Position numbers and translations under genes: made by a program | Notes under the pieces: model-generated | Told to the model about the DNA's origin: nothing | The model's input: only the letters and a program-made list of their open reading frames with translations | Databases searched by the model: none | In this document: positions 38,602 to 52,392 of the stretch, in pieces | Layout: each line of letters begins with the position of its first letter | Numbering within the stretch: the stretch's first letter is position 1 | Origin: Octopus sinensis | Lineage: Eukaryota | Assembly (NCBI RefSeq): GCF_006345805.1 | Contig: NC_043024.1 | Span: 13,082,001-13,146,000 of the forward strand | Direction: 5' to 3' | DNA: 64,000 bases

Positions 38602-38918
38602 GGTTGCTCAACCTCCTGGAAATCCAGATACTACAACCACCGGTCCTCGCTGAGACACAGACATAAGGCTAACAGCACCTCCCTCTCTAAAAGAATTTGG
38701 GAATTAAAAGACAAATGCATAGGCTTCAAACTCAGATGGTCCATCATCGGATCAGCTGCACCTTATTTAAATAATAGAGCAGGATGCCAACTATGCTGTG
38801 TAGAACTCCTTAACATCTTGAAATTCAAAGACAAAACAATCTTATTAACAAAAGGTCAGAGTTCAAACCATCCTGTATACATAAACTTATTAATACTTTC
38901 AAATACTACAATGCTTAG
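38602..38918 (+). pseudogene. C-terminal part of a PLE GIY-YIG endonuclease, one frameshift
   Basis: GCSTSWKSRYYNHRSSLRH...STSLSKRIWELKDK...RWSII..A.PY.....CQLCCVE; a shifted frame continues NKRSEFKPSCIHK...* (stop 38916-38918), the typical PLE endonuclease ending. Confidence 0.85.
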
Positions 38919-40767
38919 GTCTTATACCAACTCCCCCATGCAATTTCTCCCACCCGGTGCAACCTGTCGGCTCCAGCACATCCCGCTTTCCTATATGTGC
39001 GTGTATATGTGTATGTGTGTGTGTGTGCGTATGTATGTGCACATACGTGTACGTATGTGTACATATACATATATATGTACATGTGCGTGTGTGTGTGTGG
39101 GTGTGTGTACGTGCATATAGGGTTCCCTGCATTTTCCCCCTATATATACAAATTTTGTCTCCCATATATGACTTCTTTTCCCTAAATATTTCTTCTCCTA
39201 CACCCATATCCCCTATGTAGTCTCTTTAATCCCCTATATCTATACCCTTTCACATTTCTAACTCAGATGTTGAACGCACACCGCCAAACTCCACTTCCCA
39301 CCCTTCCAATTTTCAGTTCCCCCGCCCGCCCCTACGTTTAACACACACCTCTAACTTTCAACCACCTTCATCTCATGTTAAACTTTACAAAATTATATTT
39401 TTATCTTATTTATTTTTATTTTATTTTTATTTTTACTTTTATTTTACTTTTATCCTACTTCCATTTATTTTTATTTTTATTTTAAATTTTATTTTTACTT
39501 TTATTCTACTCCCATTATTCTCATTTTCATTTTCATCCCTTACCTTAACTCTTATAATTTTTATAATTCTTATACTTCATTTCTAACTATTACATTGTAT
39601 TTCTTATTTTCTACTGTATTTTTTATTTCTAATCTTTTCCCTTACCTCATTCTTACCCCTAACTTATCGCTTTACACCTCTATATATGTTTATTTACTTA
39701 CCTATGGATCCACCTTTTGAATATACGAGCGTCGCGTACGTGTGTATACGCATACATACATATGCACGCGCATATATGTACATGCATACTTCGATATCTT
39801 ATAGCTATACCCATGTGCGCGTGTGTCTGTGTGTGTATATGAGTGTATATGTGCACGCACATACGGACACACAGCCGTGTGTGCGTGCGCGTATTGACAT
39901 GAGTACGGGATTCTTTACATACGTTCTTATACACATCCTTTAATATCTTATACCTGGACCTAGAGGCGTGGGCATATACGTGTGTGTATGTAGTGATGGG
40001 CGCGCGTATATACATGTGAGCGTGTACGCGCGTAATGTCCGTGTATATATGCGGATATTCTGTTGTATGTATGTGTGTGTACGCGCGTGCGTGTGGGTGC
40101 GTGTGTGTTTATGTACGTGTTTACACGCGAGTGCGTGTGTATGCTTATAGGCTTGGAGGCGTATATGTACGCGTGTATGTGGGTGTATATATCCATGATG
40201 ATATGTATGTACTAGAAGTCCATTTAATTCAAGGAACCAGATTAAATGCTCATCAGCTCTGATTTACAACGCATTAAGTCCCCAGACGAAACTGTTGATG
40301 TACTGACAATTCTACAACTAAATTTTATCAATCTCCTGACCACCATGCTTGGTCCATAACCTCTATACATCCCTTATCTTTACATTCTTTTACACTTTTA
40401 TCATGTTTTTATCAGGTTTTTTACTTTTATTTCTATTCTATTTTTACTTTATATTTCTTTATACCCCCTTTACATCTCCTTACAACCCTTTATCCTCTAC
40501 ATTTTTATATTATTCTATACTTACACTTTTATACATTTTTTATCCCTCGTCCCGAACTCTCGCCCCTCCATCTTCACCTCTATATATGTATTTATTTATT
40601 TACATTACCTCAACATCCAATTTTCCTCATTCTACATTGAGAGAAGAAAGAGATGGACGCTTCAACTCTATGCTGCTGCCGCATTATGTCGTACGTGAAT
40701 GAGAGGATTTGCATCCCCAACCAAGAATTTTGATGATGTAACACATGTCTTGTGGAAGCTGTTGTGC

Positions 40768-40845
40768 GCGGCTGAAGAAGGCCACAGACATACATTATGC
40801 ATTGTTATAAATCTGTCTAATAAAGGCCCGAAACATATGTACCGC
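40768..40845 (+). ncRNA. Type I hammerhead ribozyme motif (right arm copy)
   Basis: gcgg-CTGAAGA-aggcc...ggccc-GAAA-CATATG-TA-ccgc; palindromic stem III, GUA site; A.C mismatch at the base of stem II. Confidence 0.75.
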
Positions 40846-40952
40846 TGAATCCTTCGCATCATGTTTTTATTTTATTTTGATCAATTTACTCCACCACCTA
40901 CACCACCAAACGGTATACACAGGTGCTTATAATTATCAAGTACTCACCCCGA

Positions 40953-41008
<56 letters not shown>

Positions 41009-41110
41009 CGGGATCTAAAGTGACAACGTTTCGAACATGAATACGTCTAAGTAAGCAATGCAGAAGAAGATTTAAAATTAGATAACGGGTGTATGTGTGT
41101 GTGTGTATAT

Positions 41111-41152
<42 letters not shown>

Positions 41153-41797
41153 AACATAATAAATAATATTAGGGTAATAAGAATTATAGAAACTATTAAT
41201 ACCAGTGGCCTAGCACAAAAGAAATAGTTAATAGACTATATATTATTCACATGAAATGTACACGATATATATATCGACAAACGGACAGACGATAAGAGAG
41301 TAACAGACACAAAGTGAGCAAGAACGGTTTGAGAATGAAGAAGACAATGAAATTCATCGTAAAAGAATGCAATGAAAATTGGTCAGTCGATTTTTTACAA
41401 CACTTAATTGGTCAAAAGAGAATACTTGTAAATCCATCGAAGAATATAAACAGTTTAATAGATTTTTACGATTTAAATAAATTCTATTTTCACTTGAGCC
41501 GAAAGAACTGTGTCACTGCCAATGTCTTGGCTTCGATACAAGAACGAATGAGATCTTCTCAAATGAATGGAATTAAATTAGTGAGTGGACGCTGTGGGCT
41601 GAATGGGTGTCTGTGTAGGGGAGATATTGGTAGCGTAAGTGTGTCTATTTATGTGTGTGATAGGTTTGTGTATGTATCTATGTATTTGTGTATACGTGTC
41701 GATATATGGGTTTATATATACACACATATATATATATGTATGTGTGTGTGTGTCGGATGATATATATATATATATTTGTGTGTGTGTGTTGCCTATA

Positions 41798-41847
<50 letters not shown>

Positions 41848-42419
41848 CACTGTAGCAAATGCATTAATGTGTATATATCTCCATATATTCCGACTTGAAA
41901 TTATGTTTACGTAAATATATTTGTATATGTGTGTGTGTGTGTGTGTATGTCTATATGTACCTATGTGTGTGCGTGTATGCATATATATTTATATAATATG
42001 CATTGAGGGCGAGAGAATTAGAGAGAATGTAACGTAATATCTACTCACATTGATCTGATTAAAGATGCTTAAATTACGAGTCTTGTTTCCTTTATATATT
42101 ATCATTGCTCAGCTGCAGGTCAACCCTGATGGAAAAGTTATTACCGAAGAAAACCACGTATTTTATTCAGACTTAATTCCATCCGCGACGAATCTGTGTA
42201 ATGAGTTCTTATAGACGCTGCGATGTAATTTGGTAAATAGCTTTGGAAACTAAGCGAACCGCCAAGAAAAACGAAGATTGTCTTATCTACTTGGATAGAT
42301 CGTGAATTGAGTTTCATCTGGTTGCTATTTTTAGTAGACCCAATAGCCAAGCCCGTTTTGAATCTTGTTAAAGTATATTATCATTATTCTGTTTTGATAC
42401 AGCAGTTGCTCAATGGATA

Positions 42420-42865
42420 CGTATCGGTTATAGTAGAAGGCACTTGTCTAAGGTGCCAAGTAATGGGACTGAACCGAGAACCCTGTGGCTTACCACACAG
42501 CCACCCCTGCTCCTATATCTTTTAGCTTTCTTTTATTTATTTGAACCATTTGATTGCGGCCATGCTGGAGGACCACCATTAAGGGTTTTAGTCGAACCAA
42601 TCGACTCTAGCACTTAATTTTTGAAGCTTAGTACTTATTCTATCGTGTCCTTTTGCCGAACCGCTAGGTAACGGATGCGTAAACACACCGATAGCAGTTG
42701 TCAAACTTTGTTGGGGGACAGGCAAATACACACACACACACGACGGGCTTCTTCCAGGTTCCGTCTACCAAATTTGATCGGCCCGTGGTTTATAGTAGAA
42801 GACAATTGCCCAAGTTTCCCCGCAGTGGGATTGAACTCGGAACCAAGTGTTTGCAAAGCAAGCTT
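42420..42865 (-). mobile_element. SINE family B fragment plus adjacent degenerate copy
   Basis: gcggccatgctggag, ttttgccgaaccgcta and tagtagaagacaattgcccaag motifs. Confidence 0.8.
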
Positions 42866-43536
42866 ATCTGCCGAACACTTGAAATCTTGTGAGTTTAATT
42901 CAGTTGGCGGAAAGTGTGTGAAACCTGTGTCAAGGATTGTTCTCGGTTTTTCGAAATAAACTTACTCCTCTGCTCTGTTTAACGTTTCTACTTCCCACCT
43001 GGTTGCTTTCAAAGGTCCCAAACCTGTTGCAAACATTCGTGTTTCGTCTCCAGCCTCAGTGTAAGTTCGTCCTTTTCGCTCACCAGTGGTGGAGGTCATG
43101 GAAAGTGTCTGAGGCATCGCCCTTTATATTGTAACTGATCCACTGTTTAATGAAAAAGAATTTTGGCGTTGATGACTGTGATGTCAGTAATTAAATGAGG
43201 TAATTGTTTTATAAACATTTGATGTGTTGAGTCCATGTTTACAACATGGCTATCAAGTCGTGTTTAAATGTCAAGGGAGGGTGACGCATCGAGAGACACA
43301 CAGACAGAGAAAGACAGAAAAAGGTAAAGAGCGGCAGGGGGAGGAGGACTAATAAATTACGGCTTTTCATCTTGGAATCTTGGACAATTACAGAAAAGAA
43401 AGAGAAAATGGGAGGATGTGTGTGTGGTTGGGGTGGTGGTGCTTGCGCGCAAACAAAGCAGGAGGAGCCAGAGAGATTTCAGATTCTCACTCTGGATAAT
43501 TATGAGAGTGAATGTGAGGGGGAAATCATACGGTTG

Positions 43537-43800
43537 AGAGAGAGAGAGAGAGAAAGAGGGAGGGATAAAGTGTGTCGAGAGAGAGAGAGACAGAGAGGGA
43601 GAGAGTGTGTCGAGAGAGAGAGAGAGACAGAGAGGGAGAGAGTGTGTCGAGAAAGAGAGAGACAGAGAGGGAGAGAGTGTGTCGAGAGAGAGAGACAGAG
43701 GGAGAAAGTGTGTCGAGAGAGAGAGACAGAGGGAGAAAGTGTGTCGAGAGAGAGAGACAGAGAGGGAGAGAGTGTGTCGAGAGAGAGAATGTGTGTCGAA
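43537..43800. repeat. Minisatellite, ~30 bp unit gtgtgtcgagagagagagacagagagggagaga
   Basis: About eight gtgtgtcga-anchored units. Confidence 0.9.
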
Positions 43801-44166
43801 TTACATGTCAGCTACGGCAATTATGAAAGATAATGTGAATGTATTGCGCGTGCGCATGTGTGCGTGTGCGCAGTTTTACGAGAATATATATGTGAGTGAG
43901 AGAGAAAGAGAGCGGAAGAGAGAGAGAAATGATTATGAAAAAGGTAGAGACCACAAGATGTCAGCTCTACCAATTATGAGCAATATTCAGCTTGATGGAA
44001 CTAATTCTCTGCAGACATATCAGGTTTCAGATTCAACAAACGGAATCGTAACCCAAAACACAGAAAACAATTCTTTTTTTTTTTTTTAAATGAACCAACA
44101 AAATCTGTAAATGGCAAAAATTAACAGCGAAATTATACTTAAATCGCTCAGCATCGTTCTGTATCT

Positions 44167-44760
44167 AAGAAGAAGGAGAAGAAGAAGAAGAAGAAGAAGA
44201 AGAGGAGGGAAGAAAAAGAAGAAAAGAAAAGAAGGAGAATTAGAAGAAGAAGAAGAAGAAGAAGCGGAAGAGAAGGAGAAGAAGAAGGAAGAAGAAGAAG
44301 GAAGAGGGAAGAAAAGGAAGAAAAGAAAAGAAAAGAAGAAAAGAAGAAGAAGAAGGAAGAAGAAGAAGAAAGAGGAAGAAGAAGAAGGAAGAGGGAAGAA
44401 GAAGAAGAGGAAATGGAGGAGAAGAGAAGAAGGGGAAGAAAAGGAGAAAGTGAAGAAGAGGAAAAAGAGAAAAAGGAAGAAGGAAGAGGAAGAAGAAGGA
44501 AGTGGAAGGAGAGGAAGTGGAAGAAGAAGAAAAGAAGAAAAGAAGAAGAAGAAAGAAGAAGAAGAAGGAGAAGAAGAAGAAGAAGGAGAAGAAGAAGAAG
44601 AAGAGAAGAAGAGGAAAAAGAGAAAAAGGAAGAAGGAAGAGGAAGAAGAAGGAAGTGGAAGGAGAGGAAGTGGAAGAAGAAGAAAAGAAGAAGAAGAAGG
44701 AAGAGGAAGGAGAGGAAGTAGAAGAAGAACAAAAGAAGAAGAAGGAGGAGGAGGAGGAAG
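44167..44760. repeat. ~600 bp polypurine (GAA/GGA) tract with internal duplication
   Basis: Almost exclusively A/G on the plus strand; the block gaggaaaaagagaaaaaggaagaaggaagagg...ggaagtgg occurs twice. Confidence 0.95.
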
Positions 44761-45294
44761 CGAAGGACGTGTAACGGTCCTGCAGTCAGGGCTACAGAAA
44801 ACTAAGATGGTAGTATATGAAACAGGTGTTATTCTCATTGATCGGATAAGCAAGAATTAAATGTCCGCAAGAGAAAAGAAATTACTTCTGGACGTGACTG
44901 AGTTAAAGCAGACATAGCAGTTAAATCTCCCGCAATGTCTCACCGGGAAATTCATATCAGGCAGGGAGAACATAATTTATGACGTAGTCCGAAATACACT
45001 ATGCCTAAAATTTATGTTTTATATGTTGGATGTGGGGTGAATGCAACTATGTAAAACTGTGTGGAAGCCCGTCGTATATATATATCAAAAAGATGTGCTA
45101 TAATACTATTCCACATATACAAATAAGCCGAACCATCAATCCAACATGCCTCCATCATCGGCTGCTCCACGGATATCATTATGGTTTCGACACATGAGCA
45201 TTCCCATTCAATCCGGCGGTGTCAACAGCACTAATATATATATATATATGAATGTATGTACGTGTGTGTGTGTATTTATGTACATACATATGTA

Positions 45295-45465
45295 TATATG
45301 TTTCTCTCCGTGTTTCTCTCCTTGTTTCTTTTCTGTGTATCTTTCTGTCATAGGCTCGAAATGTAAAAGACTTGTTTTATTTCTATTCCTGAGCGCCATA
45401 CTAATACAATTGTTTGTTTGTACTCCACCTGCCTTCATCTTTTGTTTATTTTCGTAAACCTTCCA
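45295..45465 (+). mobile_element. Family H element with partly deleted HHR (45340-45370)
   Basis: tcttt-CTGTC-ataggctc-GAAA-tg-TA-aaaga; reverse complement of the 53880 copy. Confidence 0.7.
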
Positions 45466-45819
45466 GTTATATATTTGCGCGCGTGTGTATGTGTGTTTCC
45501 CCTGCCCACACATTGACAACAGCTGTTTCTTTGTTTACGTTCCTTTAGCACAGTGACTCAGGGAAAATGACTGACAGCATATGTACCACACTTCAAAATA
45601 AATACTGCTGTCGATTTTTTCCGAATAATCTTTGGAAGAAACCTGTCACATGACTGAAACTAGTAAAACAAAGATAAAAGATATCGTAAACGTCCCCTGG
45701 TCTACGGCGCTCTGTAGTCGAATTGAAACCGCAACCAGGTAAGTGTTACAGTTCACTTCTTCACACAATCATGCCTATGCTCCGTCGTATAATCAAATCT
45801 AGCCGAGACTGATAATAAT

Positions 45820-46000
45820 GCTCGAAAACTTTGGCAAGTTTGGGGGAGGGGTTAAGTCGGTTACATCTTGTACTTGTTTTATCGACCTCGGAGCGGATGT
45901 AAACTAAAGTCGACCTGGATGGAATGCGAACTCAGAACGTAAAAAACTGACGAAATATATAGCTAAGAATTTTGCCCTACCTGCTAACGATGCTGCATTA
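45820..46000 (-). mobile_element. SINE family A, degenerate
   Basis: aaagtcgacc...gaactcagaacgtaaa. Confidence 0.65.
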
Positions 46001-47204
46001 GAAAATAATAAGATTGAGAATATCTATCAGTCATATAAAGGGGTTGATGATAATCGACTAAATCGATTCCTTCTGGTTCCATTTTCAGTCTTCTCTTAAA
46101 GTGTAATGAAAATTATGAGAAAAATGGAAAGTTTCTTGAGAAGATTCGATCTCAGAGAATTCCGAAAGTCATGCAACATAAAAGGTATCGTGGTATCGTG
46201 GTTCTTGGGTTTGTTAGTCACAGCCTGTCACATTCGATAATGTAGTCCTAGATACGCCTCATGTGAATAAAATTAATTTTGATTTCGTTCGGTAGAATTC
46301 TTTGATCTGAGGTCTCCATCATCAGGACCCGAGAAGTGCTAGTGATAGCAACCAAATCTCTTTTAATCACACACATGAAACATCGTATCATGTCTGAGGC
46401 TGGAAAAACTCGATCATATTCACTGGAATTCCTTTGATCTTAACTTTCGCCGATCAAGGTTGGCCTTGGGTTAAACAAAGAAAATAGCAAGAAAAACAAG
46501 AATATCGTTTCGGTAAGATATTCTAGTTTCGGCACCAAAATTATTTTAGTTTAATTCCTTCCTAAGTTTTGTCTGTAAATGAAATAAGGGAAATCATGAT
46601 AAGTTGCGTGTTGCATTGTGGTATGGCATAGCAGTAAGATTTGGAAATGTCTCGCAGGGGAACAATTTATTGTCTTGAAGTAAAGAACGGCAATGAAATA
46701 GATCTAAAGAGTATTTTATTTCTTGGATGCTTCCTGAGATATTTCCTTGACCAAAATGCTGCTTGTGGTAGGGTGATACGGAGGGGGGGTTGATAAAGTG
46801 GTTTGTAGAAGTGGATTACAAGAGAGGGAGGAGAGCCATCTCAGAGGAAGTAGAGAGAAAGAAAGTATTTAAAGGAGTGGGACAGAGGTGAAGGTGAGGG
46901 AGGTAGATGGAAAATAAAACACGGTGAACGAGTGAGACAGCGTGAAACGGGGGGGGGGGGAGTAGGCGAGGTTCAGAAAGGAAGCAATGAGCAAAATGCG
47001 AATATAAGGGTAAGAAATATAATGGTACACTTTGATGCTGACGTATATGTGCGTGAGTGTGTGTGTGTAATAAATTCACACACACACACACACATATGTA
47101 TTTCTTTTTATATGCTTTACTTGTTTCAGTAATTTGACTGCGGCCATGAAGGAGCACCACCTTTTATATGTGTGTGTGTGTGTATATTTATATATATATA
47201 TATT

Positions 47205-47219
<15 letters not shown>

Positions 47220-47239
<20 letters not shown>

Positions 47240-47958
47240 AGCAAAGAAATCGATAGAGATATAGATATATATATATAGAGAGAGAGATACATAGATAAAT
47301 ACATAGAGAGGTAGAGAGACGGATAGAGAGAGGTAGAGAGACGGATAGAGAGAGGATAGAGAGGAGGATAGAGAGAAGGTAGAGAGACGGATAGAGAGAG
47401 GTAGAGAGACGGATAGAGAGAGGTAGAGAGACGGATAGAGAGAGGTAGAGAGACGGATAGAGAGAGAGAGAGAGACGGATAGAGAGAGAGAGAGAGAGAC
47501 GGATAGAGAGAGAGAGAGAGACGGATAGAGAGAGAGAGAGAGAGACGGGCAGAGAGACAGACATGGAGACAGACATGGAGACAGACAGACAGACATGGAG
47601 ACAGACAGACAGACAGACAGACATGGAGACAGACAGACAGACATGGAGACAGACATGGAGACAGACAGACAGACATGGAGACAGACATGGAGACAGACAG
47701 ACAGACATGGAGACAGACATGGAGACAGACAGACAGACAGACATGGAGACAGACAGACAGACAGACATGGAGACAGACAGACAGACAGACAGACATGGAG
47801 ACAGACAGACAGACAGACAGACATGGAGACAGACAGACAGACAGACAGACATGGAGACAGACAGACAGACAGACAGACATGGAGACAGACAGACATGGAG
47901 ACAGACAGACATGGAGACAGACAGACAGACAGACAGACATGGAGACAGACAGACATGG

Positions 47959-48003
<45 letters not shown>

Positions 48004-48250
48004 GGGAGACAGATAGATAGGGAGATAGATAGGGAGATAGATAGGGAGATAGATAGGGAGATAGATAGGGAGATAGATAGGGAGATAGATAGGGAGATAG
48101 ATAGGGAGATAGATAGGGAGATAGATAGGGAGATAGATAGGGAGATAGATAGGGAGATAGATAGGGAGATAGATAGGGAGATAGATAAGGAGAAAGAGAG
48201 ATGAGATAGAAAAATAGAGAGATACAGAGAGATATAGACAGAGAGAGACA
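47220..48250. repeat. Compound satellite: (GA)-rich 22-mers, (CAGA)n/CATGGAGA, then 12-mer GGGAGATAGATA
   Basis: Direct reading. Confidence 0.95.
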
Positions 48251-48544
48251 GATTGAAAGAAAGAATACTGTTGAATTGAAATACGAATACATATTCGGTT
48301 CCGGTGCAAGCGCGGGGTTCATGAAGTGCCGTTATTGCCAATCGACTCTAAATAGACTTACCTGTGATTCTGAACTTATTACACGGAACAATGGACAAAT
48401 TGCGAACAGAAATAGTAGATGTCGGTATTTTTGAAATCACAATGGTTTTGTAGTCGTATTTATTAACCACAGTAAAAGATATATTTTAAAGAAATTTAGA
48501 GCGAACTGTGTTAGCATCTAAACTATGTTCTATCGATGTATGCG

Positions 48545-48930
48545 TTAATATATATTATATATATATATATATATATATTATAAATACATATATAACACAC
48601 ATTTACATATATACATATATATAATACACATATATACACACACATTTACATATATATATATAATATAAATGTATCATATACACTATATATATATACACAC
48701 ATATATATATACACATATACACATATATATATACAATATATACACATATATACACATATATATACACATATATACACATATATATACACATATATACATA
48801 TATATACACATAATACACATATATATATACACATATATATACACATGTATATATACATATATATACACATGTATATATATACATATATATACGTTTATAT
48901 ATATATATATACGTTTATATATATATATAT
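48545..48930. repeat. (TA)/(CA) compound tract
   Basis: Direct reading. Confidence 0.9.
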
Positions 48931-49459
48931 TGGGTGTGTAATGATTGTGTCATTGCGTACAAGATATCGTTATGGAAGTTTCGTTGAGTAAATAATTTGA
49001 TAGACATGGTTATAGTTCCAAAGATGGAAGAAGGGAGAGGAAAGATGTGGGTTGGAATTCGGTAGGTAGGGAATACTGGTTTTGGTGCTCTTTGAGTCTT
49101 CTTTCAAAGTTTCATTATTTTTCCATTGAAATAGTTGAAATAGAAAATGATAAAAAAAAAATGCATTGGAAATATTAATAAACTCATAATTATTACTACA
49201 TTGCGTTCAATAATCAATATTTGTCATCTTTAATGATTACACTGTTAGGTCTTCAACCGGCATTTGCTACTGGAATTATGTTACGGGTTTTTTTAATGAG
49301 CATACACACACAGTCACACACACACACACACTCACGCACAGACACGATTAAGATATACAGGTATATATAAAATTGAATATATTTAAGTATAAAACAATAT
49401 GTTCTCTCACTCTCTCTCTCTCACACACGTATGTATGTGTATGAATTGCATGCAGCACG

Positions 49460-49646
49460 AGAAATGTACGTTCTCACGGCTTTGTCGATCGCATCTCACC
49501 TGGAACCGATTTTTGTAATTTTCTGAAGACTTATACATGCCCTGATACCGTCGGTATCTACATATCAAATGTGAGCGCAATCGGATGGAGGATGCCCGAG
49601 ATCATAGAAGACACACACAGACTGACAGAACAGATTTTATATAATA
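49460..49646 (+). mobile_element. Possible non-autonomous Helitron/Helentron-type (HINE-like) fragment
   Basis: aaatgtgagcgcaatcggatg...cgagatc...acacacacagactgacaga...ttttatataata ending resembles such elements (pattern recall only). Confidence 0.35.
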
Positions 49647-49984
49647 CGTATACACACACACACACATACATATATATATATTACACATACTGACGTGAAT
49701 ACTTACATACATAGGTATTTAAGTACATTATATAGGTGTGTGTGTGTACACAGTCGAATGTATGAAAATAGCAGGATAAATTTTGTTGTAGCCATACAAG
49801 AACATATATGCCTGTAAATATATCATTGCAGAAACAGACAGAAAAAAATAACGATTGTGAGAGAGAAACAGACAAAAGGAGCGTGAGAGAGAGAGAGAGA
49901 GGGGGGAGAGAGAAAGAGAAAGAGAGATAGAGTGAGGGAGAAGCAAAGTAGCCAATGAGGGAAAGAGAATCAGGAAAGAAATAG

Positions 49985-51400
49985 TTTGCGGTTTAATGAG
50001 TGTAAAGTTCTTTCGGCAAGAAACAGCCAAGAGGGACCGGTATAGCTACAAGAATAGTTTTGGTCAGTCTTAGAGAATTGGCTTGATTAGCGCCGACATA
50101 AACGGGATGGGAAATACAATCTAGAGGGATGTTCTGAGAATTTGCTTCTAATTCCGAATTGACATCTTGCAGAATTGCGGAATAAATAATAAGGAAACAA
50201 AACATTCTCGAAGACTTCCAGCAAAGTCTTTTATAAGTTTATTGTTTATTTTATTTTTCTTCTTTCAACGCTTTTCATAAATCGATACCAAGTCGAAATC
50301 GAAGCTTGCCTGTCTGCTATACTTGAAATCACAATATTCATTTTCTGACAGTTTCGGTTTTCTGCTGTGAATTTTCTTTCTCTTTGCTTCTTCTCGAAAA
50401 CCGAATTTACTTCGCTACAATTATTTTTGAGTTGTTCAAAACCATATTTAGTCGAGTCCATTTAGTTATTAGCTGGTTGGAGCAGACTTAATGGGTCATC
50501 CATTTACGATAACACTACAAGCGATTCGCCTTTCGTTGCCACCTTTTAATAACTCCACTTTGTTCCGCTTTGGTGTTTGTCTTAATGAATTGCCTGTTTT
50601 AACTTCACGCCCCACCACTTATGTACATCATTTAGACGAGTCTATTTTGCTGAAAAGAACACCAGGACCATATTTCTGCTAGAAAGACAACTGGCTTAAC
50701 CGATGCATCCCTTTCTAATACAACAATTCACCTGTCACTATTTTATCTTTCGCTTCCTTCATCACCAGCATTCATTGTAAAATATCCATTTGTAAACCCA
50801 TTCGTTCTCTTCAAGAAAACGGTTAGCCCATCATCTCTGTATAAACCTAAAGCATGGGGGAATGTAAACTACTTGAGAGTATTGACTATAATAATTCAAC
50901 AAGGTCTGCAACCTCAACCGCCTCATAAATAAGCCTAAGAGATGATATTTCAAATAAAGGCTTGCTTTTATTTTTGACTCAGTAAAAGTCACAACGTATG
51001 TGAACCATTTCGTGGCGTTCATAATTGTAATATGGTAATCACTAATCTGATTCTCTAGCGTTTGGAGATCTATAACTTTAAGGCGGTGTTCCAATATAGA
51101 AGGTTATCAATGTGGTACTGGGTAAATTTATTGTCTTAGTGTTCATGCAAACGGGGAATTTATTGGTAACGGCTGCACTGCAATTTCATTGAAATAATCA
51201 AGGACACTTTATAAATTCACAACATGGAGGTCTGTGGTTTTTCTTTTTCTTTTAAGAGGAATGAAGGAGCGCTTCATGGAGCTATCTTCAACAATCTGTC
51301 TCTTCACTGTGCAGTTTATCATTGTGTAATTTACTGAGTTAGCTTACTATATTGATATATAGGTATCAAAAATATTGAATAGGAGCATGCTGCTTGAAAC
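49985..51400 (-). pseudogene. Heavily decayed hAT-type transposase
   Basis: Minus-strand fragments in the expected order: VVYIPPC (cf. YxHC), GTKWS (cf. TRW), LRLTKTILVAIPV..AERTLHSLNR (cf. hAT dimerisation domain SAERSFSxLKR). Confidence 0.45.
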
Positions 51401-52292
51401 ATTCAGCACTCACTTGTAGTTATCAAACGCGATAAGCCAACGACAGTCCTACGCAAGCAGTCACCTCAGGTTGTCTTAACGGAATACGGAAAACAGAATA
51501 ACAGCGATATTTTACAAGACGTCATGAATGACTAGCAACCCAGGCAAGAGAAAGATAACGGGGAGTTTATTATCTTCAATGAAATTTTAATGACTACGAA
51601 TTCAACGAAAGCTCTGAGTTAATATAAATAAATTCACGTACGAACACAGACGTCAATACATTTACAATACGCGTTCAACACCTTCACACATATTCAAACA
51701 TACAGACAGATAGATCGATTGGTAGATAGATGAGATAGATAGATAGATAGAAGTATGCATATATACAGTATTTCTCTATCTACGTCTTTTGTACATATAT
51801 ATGATGCTTTATATGCATGCAAAAACCTACCTACCAACCTATCTACCTGTCTATCTATCTATCTAAATAAATACATACACAAACGTGTGTGCTATAGACA
51901 CTCAGATATGTATAATATGTTTGCAGATATATTGTAATATGCATACATACATATATACATACATAAATTATATATATATATATATATATTTTAATATGAA
52001 TACATATATACAGACATACATACATATATATATATATATATAATTGTAATATGCATACATATATACAGACATACATACATATATATATATATATTGTAAT
52101 ATGCATACATATATACAGACATACATACATATATATATTGTAGTATACCACACCCATATATATATATATATATATAATATATATATATATGTACGATAAA
52201 AACGTTATAAAGGAGACATTGACTTTTGATTCTGAGCTCAATTCAATATATCTTTCATATCACTTTTTATGTTTCATCTTTCCATCATACAA

Positions 52293-52392
52293 NNNNNNNN
52301 NNNNNNNNNNNNNNNNNNNNNNNNNNNNNNNNNNNNNNNNNNNNNNNNNNNNNNNNNNNNNNNNNNNNNNNNNNNNNNNNNNNNNNNNNNNN
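52293..52392. other. Assembly gap (100 N)
   Basis: Run of n. Confidence 1.

Larger units (their letters stand above)
36699..40957 (+). mobile_element. Penelope-like retroelement, 5'-truncated, with inverted pseudo-LTR (~4.2 kb palindrome)
   Basis: Arms 36699-38602 and 38979-40881 are reverse complements with only scattered differences; the spacer encodes a GIY-YIG fragment; one HHR per arm; (TA)n on both sides. Confidence 0.9.

Noticed and set aside
41008-41070. GAAACGTTGTC half-motif on the minus strand (similar halves at ~33805 and ~45185)
   Set aside because: 5' core absent or too degenerate to call.
41314-41580. ORF MSKNGLRMKKTMKFIVKECNENWSVDF...
   Set aside because: No recognisable domain or splice structure; runs into microsatellite.
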